Virus record (IMG/VR): IMGVR_UViG_3300044701_002789
Span: 62,001 to 126,000 of that record
Length of the DNA: 64,000 nt
Reading direction: 5' to 3' (one strand)
In this document: piece by piece, positions 25,813 to 35,829 of the stretch
Numbering within the stretch: position 1 is the stretch's first letter
Layout of the letters: each line of letters opens with the position of its first letter
Made by a program: the position numbers and the translations under genes
Notes under the pieces: model-generated
What the model was told of the DNA's origin: nothing
What the model saw: the letters and a program-made list of their open reading frames with translations, nothing else
Database searches by the model: none

Positions 25813-26474
25813 CCAAATTTGCTGTCAGGTTCAAGAGCAACCCAGTAAGAAACTGGCATGTCAGTGTTTTTAAAATGACAAAGCAGTTTTCTAGAAATCA
25901 CAACTTCATAGTTTCCTGGAAGAATTTTAATATTTTCAATTTTGAAATTAAATACAAACTCTTCATCAGTTTCCCCAACAATAATTGAGAAATCGTTTGA
26001 GGTATCATTCTTTTTATCGCGGACAAGCAATTTAATCACTCCCGCTTCACCAACAACAGAAAGATCTGGCAACTGATAAATTGCAGAAGCCTTGATCAAC
26101 TTTTCAAGTTGCTTAGTATCCACCAAAAAGCAAACATCACTACTAGGAAGAGTAATTTCTTTATCTGGTGGTGTTACTATGACACTAGGTTGTGCAAAGA
26201 AATACTTAGAGCGACTTCTTCCCTCTCGGATAACAACATAACTATCATTCTCAAAATCCAGTTCAGCATCCTTATGTAACAATAGTCCATTGAGAAACTG
26301 GTTGAGATCATAAATACCAAAATCTCTTGGGATCTCTTCTTCAATGGTTGCTTCAGCAAGAATTGTTTTTGAGACACTAATAGTTTTTAAAGTATTTCCT
26401 TGCTTAAAAAATAAAGACTGATTAATATTAGAAAAGTTTTTAATAATAGCAAAGGTGGTTTCAGAAAATTTCAT
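25809..26474 (-). CDS. gp45: Sliding clamp gp45
   Basis: KNFSNINQSL.FKQG; FGIYDLNQFL; YWVALE. Confidence 0.93.
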   Translation of the reverse strand: MKFSETTFAIIKNFSNINQSLFFKQGNTLKTISVSKTILAEATIEEEIPRDFGIYDLNQFLNGLLLHKDAELDFENDSYVVIREGRSRSKYFFAQPSVIVTPPDKEITLPSSDVCFLVDTKQLEKLIKASAIYQLPDLSVVGEAGVIKLLVRDKKNDTSNDFSIIVGETDEEFVFNFKIENIKILPGNYEVVISRKLLCHFKNTDMPVSYWVALEPDSKFG

Positions 26475-26484
26475 ATTTTATAAA

Positions 26485-26814
26485 TCAGCGAGAGAATTCA
26501 GTTAGACCGTTATTTTGGCGAGAATAATGCTTATCAAAGTGCATGAGAAGCATCGCATAGTGGATGACTTTCAAAAGATCACGCTTGTTTCTTCCATCCT
26601 TCTCACCATACCGACTTCCATATTTCAGTATATTTGCTTGACAGAAATCTTGGGCAAGTCCTTTTGCCGCCATTAGATCAATTGTTTGAATATCTTTATA
26701 ATCATCGTCAGTTCCACAATAATGACTATTATAAGTAGAGGTCACATAATCTTCAATATCCTTGATGATTTTATCTTCATTATATTTCCAAAGGTGGTTT
26801 GTATTTTCAGACAT
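26485..26814 (-). CDS. DUF3310-like protein
   Basis: HY...QTID...FCQANILKY..RYG.KDG...DLLKVIHY. Confidence 0.7.
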   Translation of the reverse strand: MSENTNHLWKYNEDKIIKDIEDYVTSTYNSHYCGTDDDYKDIQTIDLMAAKGLAQDFCQANILKYGSRYGEKDGRNKRDLLKVIHYAMLLMHFDKHYSRQNNGLTEFSR

Positions 26815-26834
26815 AAACGTAAATCAAACATTAA

Positions 26835-26892
26835 AAATGGAGAGGATGTAATTCCTCCCCAACAGTATACCATCATTTCTGAGGTGTGTCAA
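26835..26892 (-). promoter_or_regulatory. sigma70 promoter nested in the cobS terminator
   Basis: TTGACA (26887-26892)-17-TATACT (26864-26869); hairpin GGGGAGGA/TCCTCTCC followed by ATTTTT. Confidence 0.7.
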
Positions 26893-26901
26893 ATACCAGG
26901 A

Positions 26902-27990
26902 CTACTTTTTAGGCATGACAAAATTTGGGTCAATTTTATCGTACAGTTCCAGAAAAGCTTGTTTGGTTTCATCATCAAATCGGTTTATGCAAACCCGAAT
27001 TGCCTTACCTTTATCTCCAAAGATGGCATAAGCTCTGATTATATGAACAAGGCGACGAGTAGAAATGATCTCATCAATTCCACCATCATAAAATGTTTTT
27101 CGTATTACATCTGCCCAATCTACAAGTTTTTCGCAAAAATCATCATCAGTCATTCCTAAGGTATAACAAATAGACTCAAGAATTTTTCTTTCCGATGATT
27201 GTGGGGGATAAGACTGCTCAAACGTAACAGGAAAACGCTCAAGAAATGCTTCATTCAAAACATTAGTTCCAATAAAACGCCCATCTTCGGAACCTTTACC
27301 CTTAGTATTAGCAGTGGCAATTATATTAAATCCTTCTGCTGGAGAAATGTACTTTCCGATTTTCTTCAGAAAGATTCCAGTACCTTCAAGGATAGATTGA
27401 AGACACAAGATCTTATTTGATGCCAAATCAACTTCATCCAAAAGAAGAATAGCACCACGTTCTAATGCTTCAACTACTGGACCATTATGCCATGCCGTTT
27501 CTCCATTTACAAGACGAAATCCTCCAATAAGATCGTCTTCATCAGTTTCAATCGTAATATTGACACGAATAAGTTCCCTCTTTAATTGAGCACATGCTTG
27601 TTCCACACTATATGTTTTTCCATTTCCTGAAAGACCAGTAATAAAAACAGGATAAAACAAACCAGATTTAATAATACCTTTAATGTCATTAAAGTTTCCA
27701 AATTTGACAAAGTTATCATCAACTTCTGGAATAAGGTTTTGTGCATAATCAGGAATAACTGATATGGAATTAAAAGACTTTTCAATCTCATGAATATATT
27801 CTGTGGGTAACTCAAAATTCCACTTACCTTGGCAAATTTTATATTCTTCTATTGTTTGAGTTACAGATTCATAGTCGTATGAATTAATTGCACAAAATGC
27901 TCTAATGTCTCCAGTTGTTACTTCTGTCCCATAAAGAGACTTTAACGAATTTACAAGTTCTTCTTTTGTCACAATAATTTGGTCGTACAT
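26902..27990 (-). CDS. cobS: CobS-like MoxR-family AAA+ ATPase
   Basis: GLSGNGKT; LLLDEVD; TANTKG; AFLERF; ISTRRL; promoter TTGACA (28034-28039)-17-TATGAT (28011-28016). Confidence 0.88.
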   Translation of the reverse strand: MYDQIIVTKEELVNSLKSLYGTEVTTGDIRAFCAINSYDYESVTQTIEEYKICQGKWNFELPTEYIHEIEKSFNSISVIPDYAQNLIPEVDDNFVKFGNFNDIKGIIKSGLFYPVFITGLSGNGKTYSVEQACAQLKRELIRVNITIETDEDDLIGGFRLVNGETAWHNGPVVEALERGAILLLDEVDLASNKILCLQSILEGTGIFLKKIGKYISPAEGFNIIATANTKGKGSEDGRFIGTNVLNEAFLERFPVTFEQSYPPQSSERKILESICYTLGMTDDDFCEKLVDWADVIRKTFYDGGIDEIISTRRLVHIIRAYAIFGDKGKAIRVCINRFDDETKQAFLELYDKIDPNFVMPKK

Positions 27991-28043
27991 AATTTTTTGA
28001 ACTCCTTTAGATCATATAGTATAAATGGTTAGATGTCAAGTGA

Positions 28044-30104
28044 TTAAGCAATTTGCTTAATAAATTCATTTAAAATTTTCTTGTTGTTTCGTTTAGTCTT
28101 AAGACTATTCATAAATGCACTTTTAATTTCTCTTTTTGTTGCATCACTAGAAACATTGAATTCCGGGGATTCTGAAAGATTACTAGATCCTATCCCAAAA
28201 TAAACATGATATGCAGAATTGAATAGACAAAAAGATTTTTCTTTCTTCCAAGACGACATCGCTTGGGTGTATTCATTTCCATTTTTGTCACAATATTTTC
28301 TAATAAAAGATCCAGAGTGTAATGAATCCAATACTCTAATTCCAATAAAACTAGTATCGGAAAATTTATCAACTAAATTTTTTAATATAGTATCAGTTTG
28401 GTAATTAGTATCTTTTGGGAATAGATATGTTTTTCCAATTTTGCGATCCCTCAAAAAAACTGAGTGTACTGAATCAATTCTACTAGTCCCAATATATGGC
28501 TCGGTTTCCCATTTTCTATTAAATTGCCTATGATAAAACAATTGACTAGAATCGCCATCAGTCAAAACTACACATTGCACTTTTTGAATTTTATTCTGCT
28601 TTTTAAAGATTGGAATAATCTCATGTAAACAAATTAATGCTTCATTTAAGGGAGTGCTGGATAATGCCAACTCTGGAGGTGCTAATTCTGTATTAATGCA
28701 CATACAAACTCTGTAAATATTTTTCATTTGAATTTCTAGATTTAATGAATTTACCTTACTAGTAAATAAATTCATCAAAGAAAATCTAGGATCAATGCAA
28801 AAAATACCAGGAATTTTTGTATAGCAATTTGGTCTAATTTTATATGATGTATTATTTGCTATTGGATAATGCTCAGTGAATGCATAGACTTCAAAAGGAA
28901 TAGAAACTTTTTTACAGAACCAAATGAGGTTGTATAACTGTTTTATAGTATCTAATAGAACCTTACCCATAGATCCAGACCAATCTAAAATAAAAATCAA
29001 CCCATGATTTTTACCCTCAGTGACATTAGTAATTTTTTTAAAAATATCATCATTGAATTTATACATATGAATTTTAGAACAATCTAAAACCCCAGTGGGA
29101 GACACTAAAGATCTTGAGTAAGAATCTGCTGCTTTGCGACACTCAAATTCTTTAACCAGATAATTAACTTCTTTTTGGGCAGAAGTTTTAAAATCTCTAT
29201 ATCTAGAATCTATCCTATTAATGTAAGTTTTATGATTATCTGAAAGATTATTCCAAAAATTTGAACATGTGTTATGTATGGTAATATTATCAATTATTAC
29301 ATTTTTTAAATCAATTTTTGGAACTTCAACATAAACAGTTTCTTGCTTTTGGATTTCACTAAGAAGTTTTTTTATAGATTCTTCAAAAGATTCCATAGTT
29401 TCAACTTTTGGATCATTACCTGAAGAACCATTTTCTTTTGACTCTTCATGATCTTGTGAATCTTGAGAATTGTCCTCATCAAACGCACCAGTTAAACTAT
29501 CCGATTTAGTGGTATTTTCGGAATTTGTTTCTTGTTTAGAGGACTTTTCTTTAGATTCTTTTTTACAATACTCATACAGAACTTTTGAAGCGTATAATAC
29601 TTCATCAAACGTTTCGGCAGAAGCAATAAGATCTACAATATCTTTTTCTTCGCAAGAAAAATTTAGCCTTATAAAATTTCCTATTTTAAAATGAAGATTT
29701 ACCCTGTCTGCAAGATTCATATCATTGATTTCTTTATTTTCAAGAGAAAAGAAATCTTCATCATAAAGTTCTTTGTATCCAATAAAGAAAGACTTTGATA
29801 TTCCTGGATATCTACGCTTGATTAATTTTTCAATCCTGACATCTTCAACCACATTTACAAAATCTTTTGGGATGTCAGTTATTTCCATCCAGTCTTTAGT
29901 TGGAGTTTCTAAGGCATGTCCAACTTCATGTCCAACGAGAAGATCATAAACATTACTACTCGCTTTCTCCCACATAGGGAGAGTTAACACTCTAGTATTG
30001 ACATTGAAAGAAGCAGTTTGTACAGTTTTATGTTCTACAAGAAGATCCTCTGTCGCCAAAAGACGAGCAAGAATTCCTTTGATTTCGTAGTTTACCGACA
30101 TCAA
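28044..30104 (-). CDS. Zincin (HExxH) plus VWA-domain protein, CobT-like partner
   Basis: HEVGH; MIDAS DWSGS...STPL...LTDG. Confidence 0.8.
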   Translation of the reverse strand: MMSVNYEIKGILARLLATEDLLVEHKTVQTASFNVNTRVLTLPMWEKASSNVYDLLVGHEVGHALETPTKDWMEITDIPKDFVNVVEDVRIEKLIKRRYPGISKSFFIGYKELYDEDFFSLENKEINDMNLADRVNLHFKIGNFIRLNFSCEEKDIVDLIASAETFDEVLYASKVLYEYCKKESKEKSSKQETNSENTTKSDSLTGAFDEDNSQDSQDHEESKENGSSGNDPKVETMESFEESIKKLLSEIQKQETVYVEVPKIDLKNVIIDNITIHNTCSNFWNNLSDNHKTYINRIDSRYRDFKTSAQKEVNYLVKEFECRKAADSYSRSLVSPTGVLDCSKIHMYKFNDDIFKKITNVTEGKNHGLIFILDWSGSMGKVLLDTIKQLYNLIWFCKKVSIPFEVYAFTEHYPIANNTSYKIRPNCYTKIPGIFCIDPRFSLMNLFTSKVNSLNLEIQMKNIYRVCMCINTELAPPELALSSTPLNEALICLHEIIPIFKKQNKIQKVQCVVLTDGDSSQLFYHRQFNRKWETEPYIGTSRIDSVHSVFLRDRKIGKTYLFPKDTNYQTDTILKNLVDKFSDTSFIGIRVLDSLHSGSFIRKYCDKNGNEYTQAMSSWKKEKSFCLFNSAYHVYFGIGSSNLSESPEFNVSSDATKREIKSAFMNSLKTKRNNKKILNEFIKQIA

Positions 30105-30122
30105 ATATTTCCGATAACGACA

Positions 30123-30275
30123 TTAAGAGCATACAACAAAACCCTTCTTTTGGGAAGGGTTAAGTAGACGGTTTTTCAATTGTCTCCTCCTCGCCTTTGC
30201 TTGACGCAAAGCCTGAGGTTTAAGTTTTCGTTTTTGCTCTTTTTTGGAGTGGTGGTATCGGTTTGGGACTTGCAT
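30123..30275 (-). CDS. Highly basic 50-aa protein, not in the ORF track
   Basis: MQVPNRYHHSKKEQKRKLKPQALRQAKARRRQLKNRLLNPSQKKGFVVCS; late promoter TATAAATA at 30291-30298. Confidence 0.65.
   Translation of the reverse strand: MQVPNRYHHSKKEQKRKLKPQALRQAKARRRQLKNRLLNPSQKKGFVVCS
30134..30161 (-). terminator. Intrinsic terminator inside the 50-aa ORF
   Basis: CCCTTC-CCAAAA-GAAGGG followed by TTTTGTT. Confidence 0.6.
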
Positions 30276-30293
30276 GGGACCAAAAGAAACTAT

Positions 30294-32003
30294 TTATAGT
30301 ATATGGGAAAAATTGCTTCTCTTGTCCACCTGTATGACACTTTCAAATTTGTCCTCAAGTCCAGTTTTATGTGATATTACAAAAATATTTGCATCTGTAA
30401 TTACATATCTGATAATCTTAAGAAATTCATCAGTACCAGAACTATCCAAAGAACTATCAAACACCTCATCAAAAATGATCAAATTGCAAGAAACCGAATT
30501 TTTCAATTTAGCAACTTCTCTCCAAGCAAAAAGTAATGATAAATTAATTCTAGACTTTTCACCTTCACTGAAAGAACTGTAAGAAAAATCTTCATGGATT
30601 GGAGATTGAACACTTTCATTAAATTCATCATCTAAAGTGAAGTTAATATAAAAATCCATCATTTGAAGATATCTATTAATCTGTTGATTTATCAATGGCA
30701 GATATTTTTTGATAATCTTAGTTTTCACTCCACCATCCTTAAGTAATAAATACGAAAAATCATAGTAAGAAATTAATTCTTTTCTACTAGATAATTCCTC
30801 AAAGGTTTCATTTAAACTACTCTCAAATTGTTTCAATTTCTCATGTTCAGTATTTCTATTTTCAAGTTGTTTGGCAATAGTTTGAATTTCCTTTTCCAGA
30901 TCTCGGATTTGTCTCTGATGTCCAGAAACTCTTGTATTATTTTTAGAAATTTCATGGTTTAAATTAGTGATCTCTTTTGAGATTCGGAGAAAATGACTTT
31001 CTTTAATTTCTTCGTCTTTAATTGCATTTTCAAGTTCTTTGTAACCGGTTTTTAACTCTTTTGCTTTTATTTCTACTTCACTAATTTTATTTAAACGAAA
31101 TTCTTCATCAATTTCTTGTGTGCAAGTTGGGCAAATTACATTATTTGAAAAGAACTTATGATCATGAGTTATTGTAGATATTTTTTGAGATATTTTACCT
31201 TTAAGATTTCCAAGTTTTCTAAGTTTTTCTTTAGATTCAGAAACTTCTTCTAAATCTTCAGTTAAAGAAAAAATATCTTCTTCAATTTCAGAACTCTTTA
31301 AAATATAGGCGTCACATTCTTTAGTGAGTTTATCAATTACATTTCTTTTATTATCTATATTTTCTTTACCTCTACTTTCAAGTTCTTCAATAAAGTCTTT
31401 TTGCATTTGGACTTTATCCTTTAAAGATTCTTTTTTTAAATTTAAAGTTTTAATATCATCTTTTATAGTTCTAATCTTTTCTTTAATGATTGCATTCATA
31501 GTGGAAAAGACCTTAATATCTAAGAGATCTTCAATCACTTCTCTCCTGTGTGTGGGGGAGAGTTGCATAAATGGAACAAAATTACTGCTTCCAATTATAA
31601 CAATTTGAGTAAAAGACTTAAAATTCATTTTAAGTACAGTTTGTTCAAACCATTTTTGTTGGTCTACGGAAGAAGATGTTTGATCAAGTAAAGTATTATT
31701 AAAATAAATTTCAAAAATATTTGGTTTTATTCCACGACGAACTTTATAATTATTGGTTCCAATTTTGAATTCAACTTCAACTAAACAATCTTTCTCATTA
31801 ATAGAATTAACCAATTGAGGTTTATTTATTCCTCTAAATGATTTACCAAATAAACCAAATGTTAGTGCATCAAGAAAAGTACTTTTGCCGTAACCATTAC
31901 CACCAATTATTAAGGTAGTTTTAGATTTCTGAAAATCAATCTCAGTGAATTGATTCCCGTATGAGAGGAAATTTTTAAATTTTATTCTTTCAAAAATTAT
32001 CAT
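30294..32003 (-). CDS. gp46: Rad50/SbcC-like recombination ATPase gp46
   Basis: GGNGYGKST, CPTC zinc hook, FSEGEK, IFDEVFD. Confidence 0.95.
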   Translation of the reverse strand: MIIFERIKFKNFLSYGNQFTEIDFQKSKTTLIIGGNGYGKSTFLDALTFGLFGKSFRGINKPQLVNSINEKDCLVEVEFKIGTNNYKVRRGIKPNIFEIYFNNTLLDQTSSSVDQQKWFEQTVLKMNFKSFTQIVIIGSSNFVPFMQLSPTHRREVIEDLLDIKVFSTMNAIIKEKIRTIKDDIKTLNLKKESLKDKVQMQKDFIEELESRGKENIDNKRNVIDKLTKECDAYILKSSEIEEDIFSLTEDLEEVSESKEKLRKLGNLKGKISQKISTITHDHKFFSNNVICPTCTQEIDEEFRLNKISEVEIKAKELKTGYKELENAIKDEEIKESHFLRISKEITNLNHEISKNNTRVSGHQRQIRDLEKEIQTIAKQLENRNTEHEKLKQFESSLNETFEELSSRKELISYYDFSYLLLKDGGVKTKIIKKYLPLINQQINRYLQMMDFYINFTLDDEFNESVQSPIHEDFSYSSFSEGEKSRINLSLLFAWREVAKLKNSVSCNLIIFDEVFDSSLDSSGTDEFLKIIRYVITDANIFVISHKTGLEDKFESVIQVDKRSNFSHIL

Positions 32004-32004
32004 A

Positions 32005-32280
32005 TCAAATAAACTCTACGTTCTCCGAATAAGGTGGAATAACAATATCTTCCGATGAAAAAATTTTATATTCATACCCATGAAGATTACACGCTTTTAT
32101 TGCAATCTCTTTTTCCACTTCCATAACACTCATTTTAGGATAATCATCTTCTTCTAATAACAATGCAAAACGTACTGCATCATCCTTTTCCTCAAAAATA
32201 TAAAGAATATGGTTGCCAAGTTCATCAACGCCAGCATAAGCGCCTTGGTCTTCTTTCCCATCTACAGTAATTAAATACAT
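32005..32280 (-). CDS. Hypothetical protein
   Basis: 91-aa ORF between gp47 and gp46. Confidence 0.75.
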   Translation of the reverse strand: MYLITVDGKEDQGAYAGVDELGNHILYIFEEKDDAVRFALLLEEDDYPKMSVMEVEKEIAIKACNLHGYEYKIFSSEDIVIPPYSENVEFI

Positions 32281-33314
32281 TACACCATTTCCAAAGACTC
32301 TCTATAAACTTCTTCCAGCATATTAATTATAATAGTTTTATCCAAGTCACATTCACTTTCTGAAACATATCTCTGTAAGATTGAAAGAGTATCTTCAGAT
32401 TCAAGTGCTTCAAATTCTTCAGATTCAGTTATTTGGTGATTCTCAACTATTTTTAATTCAGCAACATTTGCAGTATACAGGTTATCAATAAATTTTTCAA
32501 ATTTCTTTTGATCTGTCTTTTTACGGACAATCACCCGAACTATTTTATTTTCATATTCGCGAACATCAAAAGTTTGGTATGGAGTATCTTCATAGTAGAT
32601 ATTATAAAACATTCTATATGGATTATCCACATAAATGTGTTCTGTGGTTTCAGTATCAAAGATAATAAAACCACGATCATCATTTACATCATTCCAATAA
32701 ATTTCATAAGGATTTCCAATATAATATACCTTACCATTGTCTGACCTAGTGTGATAGTGTCCAGAAAAAACCTTGGTAAAATTATCAAATATACCAGAAT
32801 CCAATCCGCTATCCATAATATGCCCACGATAAGGCGCAAACCCATTTAGTTCTAAGTGTCCCATAGCAATTTTACATGAAGTCTTTTTAATTTTGGTAAA
32901 AGACTTTTCACTGTTTTCTACATTTATCCAAGGCAACAAAAGTACATTTAAATTGCCAAGTTTTACTTCTGTAGGTTCTGAATATGTTTTTATATTTGAA
33001 TAATCTTTAAGAAGAAGGTCTGGGGAATTTATTTTATTTGAATTTCGGAAAAAAATGTCATGATTACCAACAATCATGTGGACATTATATTTGGAGAGAG
33101 GTTCTAAAACCACTCTCCTTGTCCAATCTAGTCCCCAGAAATCTATACTTTTACGACTATCAAAGGCGTCTCCCATGTGAATAACAGTATCAATCCCATG
33201 CTGTTCCAGTGTTGGGAAAAATACGTTTTTATAGAAGAGTTCAAAGTAATCGTGAAAAAGTCTTGAAGATTTTCTCGCTGTAAAATGTGTATCAGTGAGA
33301 ATGGCGACAAGCAT
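32280..33314 (-). CDS. gp47: Mre11/SbcD-like nuclease gp47
   Basis: TDTHF, HMGDAFD, GNHD, SGHYH. Confidence 0.95.
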   Translation of the reverse strand: MLVAILTDTHFTARKSSRLFHDYFELFYKNVFFPTLEQHGIDTVIHMGDAFDSRKSIDFWGLDWTRRVVLEPLSKYNVHMIVGNHDIFFRNSNKINSPDLLLKDYSNIKTYSEPTEVKLGNLNVLLLPWINVENSEKSFTKIKKTSCKIAMGHLELNGFAPYRGHIMDSGLDSGIFDNFTKVFSGHYHTRSDNGKVYYIGNPYEIYWNDVNDDRGFIIFDTETTEHIYVDNPYRMFYNIYYEDTPYQTFDVREYENKIVRVIVRKKTDQKKFEKFIDNLYTANVAELKIVENHQITESEEFEALESEDTLSILQRYVSESECDLDKTIIINMLEEVYRESLEMV

Positions 33315-33315
33315 T

Positions 33316-33813
33316 TCAATACCTCATTTTAATATGAACGGATTCCTTGATACTATTATACTCCGAATAATTGGATCCGTCAACACTTGAGTCGTCAGCA
33401 AAGACTTCCGAAAACCCAGTTCTTTCCAATATTTTGTTTTTAATTTCCAATTGACGCTTTTCTCTCTGTATTCTACGGAGAAAGGCATAGTGAATGATCT
33501 GCGTAAAATATGCAAAGGGATTCTGAGACTTTTCTGGGTTGAAATTGTGGAGGTATTGGATGCAGTTTTCAATGCCATCAGAAATCATATCATCCTTAAA
33601 CATATAATTTACAAAATTAGGTTTAAAGGACAAATGGGTGGCAATTTTAAGAATGCATTCGCCAATGTAATTAGGTATTGGGGGTTTTGGATTCCCATTT
33701 TCTTCCGCAACAGCAACCCTTCTCCTATACTCAATAAGAGCCTCTAAAAATTGTTTATTATTGACATAATGTTCAGATCTTTTTCTTTTTTTCATTACTG
33801 CGGTTGAAATCAT
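33316..33813 (-). CDS. gp55: Late-transcription sigma factor gp55
   Basis: HYVNNKQF, FVNYMFKDDMISDGIENC, NPFAYFTQI. Confidence 0.95.
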   Translation of the reverse strand: MISTAVMKKRKRSEHYVNNKQFLEALIEYRRRVAVAEENGNPKPPIPNYIGECILKIATHLSFKPNFVNYMFKDDMISDGIENCIQYLHNFNPEKSQNPFAYFTQIIHYAFLRRIQREKRQLEIKNKILERTGFSEVFADDSSVDGSNYSEYNSIKESVHIKMRY

Positions 33814-33839
33814 AAGAATGCTTAATTCAATATGTAGTT

Positions 33840-33898
33840 ATTATAGCATTTTTAATGGATAATGGCAACTTGACAGACCATTAAAAAGTGTGTAGAAT
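33840..33898. promoter_or_regulatory. Back-to-back divergent sigma70 promoters (gp55 promoter and an antisense promoter)
   Basis: Minus: TTGCCA (33863-33868)-17-TATAAT (33840-33845). Plus: TTGACA (33870-33875)-17-TAGAAT (33893-33898). Confidence 0.7.
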
Positions 33899-33926
33899 AG
33901 GCTTGTCCGGTTTGAAGGTGATGGCT

Positions 33927-34322
33927 CTAGCTATTATTATAAAGCTTTTCTAGGAGTATTTTAGCATCTGTAACACTACTAATGTATCCCATCTTTCTAG
34001 ATAAATTGCTTTTAGTGTTACCCATGTTAGGGTTTTCTGCTTTTTCTATAAATTGTTGGTGTAGTAAAATCATTTCAATATCTTTTGATTCTGACATAGT
34101 AAGTACATCCTTTAAATTTAAAATAAACAAATCATCAGTAGTAGTCTTTAACCAAGGTTCAATCTTATAACCATCTTTACCTAATTTGGATTTATAAGAT
34201 TTAATTACTACTGGATTATTAATAAGAAGAACATTATTGCCATTTTCTTCTGATGGAACTACTCTGGCAAATATTTCTTCACCTGTCTTTAGTTTTATTG
34301 TGGCATAAAAATCATCTTCCAT
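33927..34322 (-). CDS. Conserved hypothetical protein (Sm-like beta fold suspected)
   Basis: FYATIKLKTGEEIFA...PW; sits between uvsW and gp55 as in cyanophages. Confidence 0.75.
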   Translation of the reverse strand: MEDDFYATIKLKTGEEIFARVVPSEENGNNVLLINNPVVIKSYKSKLGKDGYKIEPWLKTTTDDLFILNLKDVLTMSESKDIEMILLHQQFIEKAENPNMGNTKSNLSRKMGYISSVTDAKILLEKLYNNS

Positions 34323-34324
34323 AG

Positions 34325-35797
34325 TTATTTTAGTTGAATTGGTATAATTTCGTAATTAAAGTCTTCTTCAGAATATATTTTAACTCGTTCTATAAAATGA
34401 TTTAAAGTATAATTCTTTCTTGAATTATATGTAGTATCATCGGAAATGTCATATAAGGTTGCTTTTTCTTTATTACTACTTTTTCTCAATACTCTACCGA
34501 TAGATTGTAAGTTTCTGATTCTAGATTTGCTTGGTGAAGCAAATATTACATTATGTAGGTTTTTGATAGAAATACCAGTACTAAAAACACCATAAGAAGC
34601 AACAATAATTGCATTATTTTCTCTTTCGGTTATTTCTCTAACTAATTCTCTTTCTGAAACGTTTACTCCACCATGAACAAAAAAGACCTTACGGTTTGAA
34701 TCACTATCACTATTTATGAGTTGGTACAATGGGAGTCCATGAGTTTCTACTCTAGAAAAAAGAATCAAAGTATTACCTTTTAAATCTAAAGCAAGTTTTT
34801 TAATAAAGTTGTTTCTTTTTTCATTAGTAATAATAAACTGAATTTCATCTTCATACTTATCAAATTTTTGTGGTTTATGCTTAAGTACTATACAATGAAT
34901 ATCTAATTTAGATGCTCTACCTTTCTCAATAAGTTCCTTAGTTCCCACTGCTTTGTATGGAGGACCAAATAGACCCGAAATGACCCATTCATGAGTCTTA
35001 GAGTCCTTTCCTCCATTAGATAGGGTTCCTGTGAATCCAAATCTATACTTCGCATTATGAGACTTTTTCATGATGTCTATTAAAGACTTTGATTTGCATC
35101 CATGACATTCATCAACGATTACACAATCATAATCTTCAAAAAATACTTTATTCATATTATAGATGCTTTGCCATGTGGACAAAGTTACTAATTTATCGGC
35201 AATTTTGTCTTGTCCTGAATAAACCATATGGCAGTAATTTTCCGGATCCCAACCATACTCTTGCCAATCTTTATACATTTGATGTATCAGTCCAGTTGTA
35301 GGGAAAACAACCAAGCACTTCAATTTCTTAGAAACATAGTATCTTATTAAAGAGTAAATCATAAAAGATTTACCAGAAGAGGTCGCAGATATGACTGTTT
35401 TTCTATTGTACCTTAAACATTCATATACTGTATTAATCTGGTATTCGTAAGGATCAAGATTAGAAATATACTTCATATATCCCTTAACACCTTCTTCTGT
35501 AATCTCTTCATTGACTTCAAATGGGAGACCATAATACTTATTATCACGGAACTCATATGTATATCCGTAATTTTTTATTTTGGCAATTACTTTATCCAGA
35601 AGTCCAGCATAAATTTCTCCTGTTGCAGTGCTTAGGAGTCTTATTTCTCCATCCCATCCTTTCTTTCTATACTGTGGCATAAACTTTGCCGACTCCACAC
35701 TAAATGTAAAGTGTGGGGCAAGTTCATATAAAATATGAGGTTCACATTCTAGTTTAATGTAAACCTCATTTTTCTTATGTATTATTACGTCACTCAT
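34325..35797 (-). CDS. uvsW: SF2 helicase UvsW
   Basis: SATSSGKS, VDECHG, GFTGT, LQSIGRVLR. Confidence 0.93.
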   Translation of the reverse strand: MSDVIIHKKNEVYIKLECEPHILYELAPHFTFSVESAKFMPQYRKKGWDGEIRLLSTATGEIYAGLLDKVIAKIKNYGYTYEFRDNKYYGLPFEVNEEITEEGVKGYMKYISNLDPYEYQINTVYECLRYNRKTVISATSSGKSFMIYSLIRYYVSKKLKCLVVFPTTGLIHQMYKDWQEYGWDPENYCHMVYSGQDKIADKLVTLSTWQSIYNMNKVFFEDYDCVIVDECHGCKSKSLIDIMKKSHNAKYRFGFTGTLSNGGKDSKTHEWVISGLFGPPYKAVGTKELIEKGRASKLDIHCIVLKHKPQKFDKYEDEIQFIITNEKRNNFIKKLALDLKGNTLILFSRVETHGLPLYQLINSDSDSNRKVFFVHGGVNVSERELVREITERENNAIIVASYGVFSTGISIKNLHNVIFASPSKSRIRNLQSIGRVLRKSSNKEKATLYDISDDTTYNSRKNYTLNHFIERVKIYSEEDFNYEIIPIQLK

Positions 35798-35829
35798 AGA
35801 ATCATTAAATTTCTATGATTATTTATGGG

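Noticed and set aside
26902-27990. cobS as evidence of phage cobalamin synthesis
   Set aside because: No CobN or other pathway genes in the window, and the partner carries a peptidase motif
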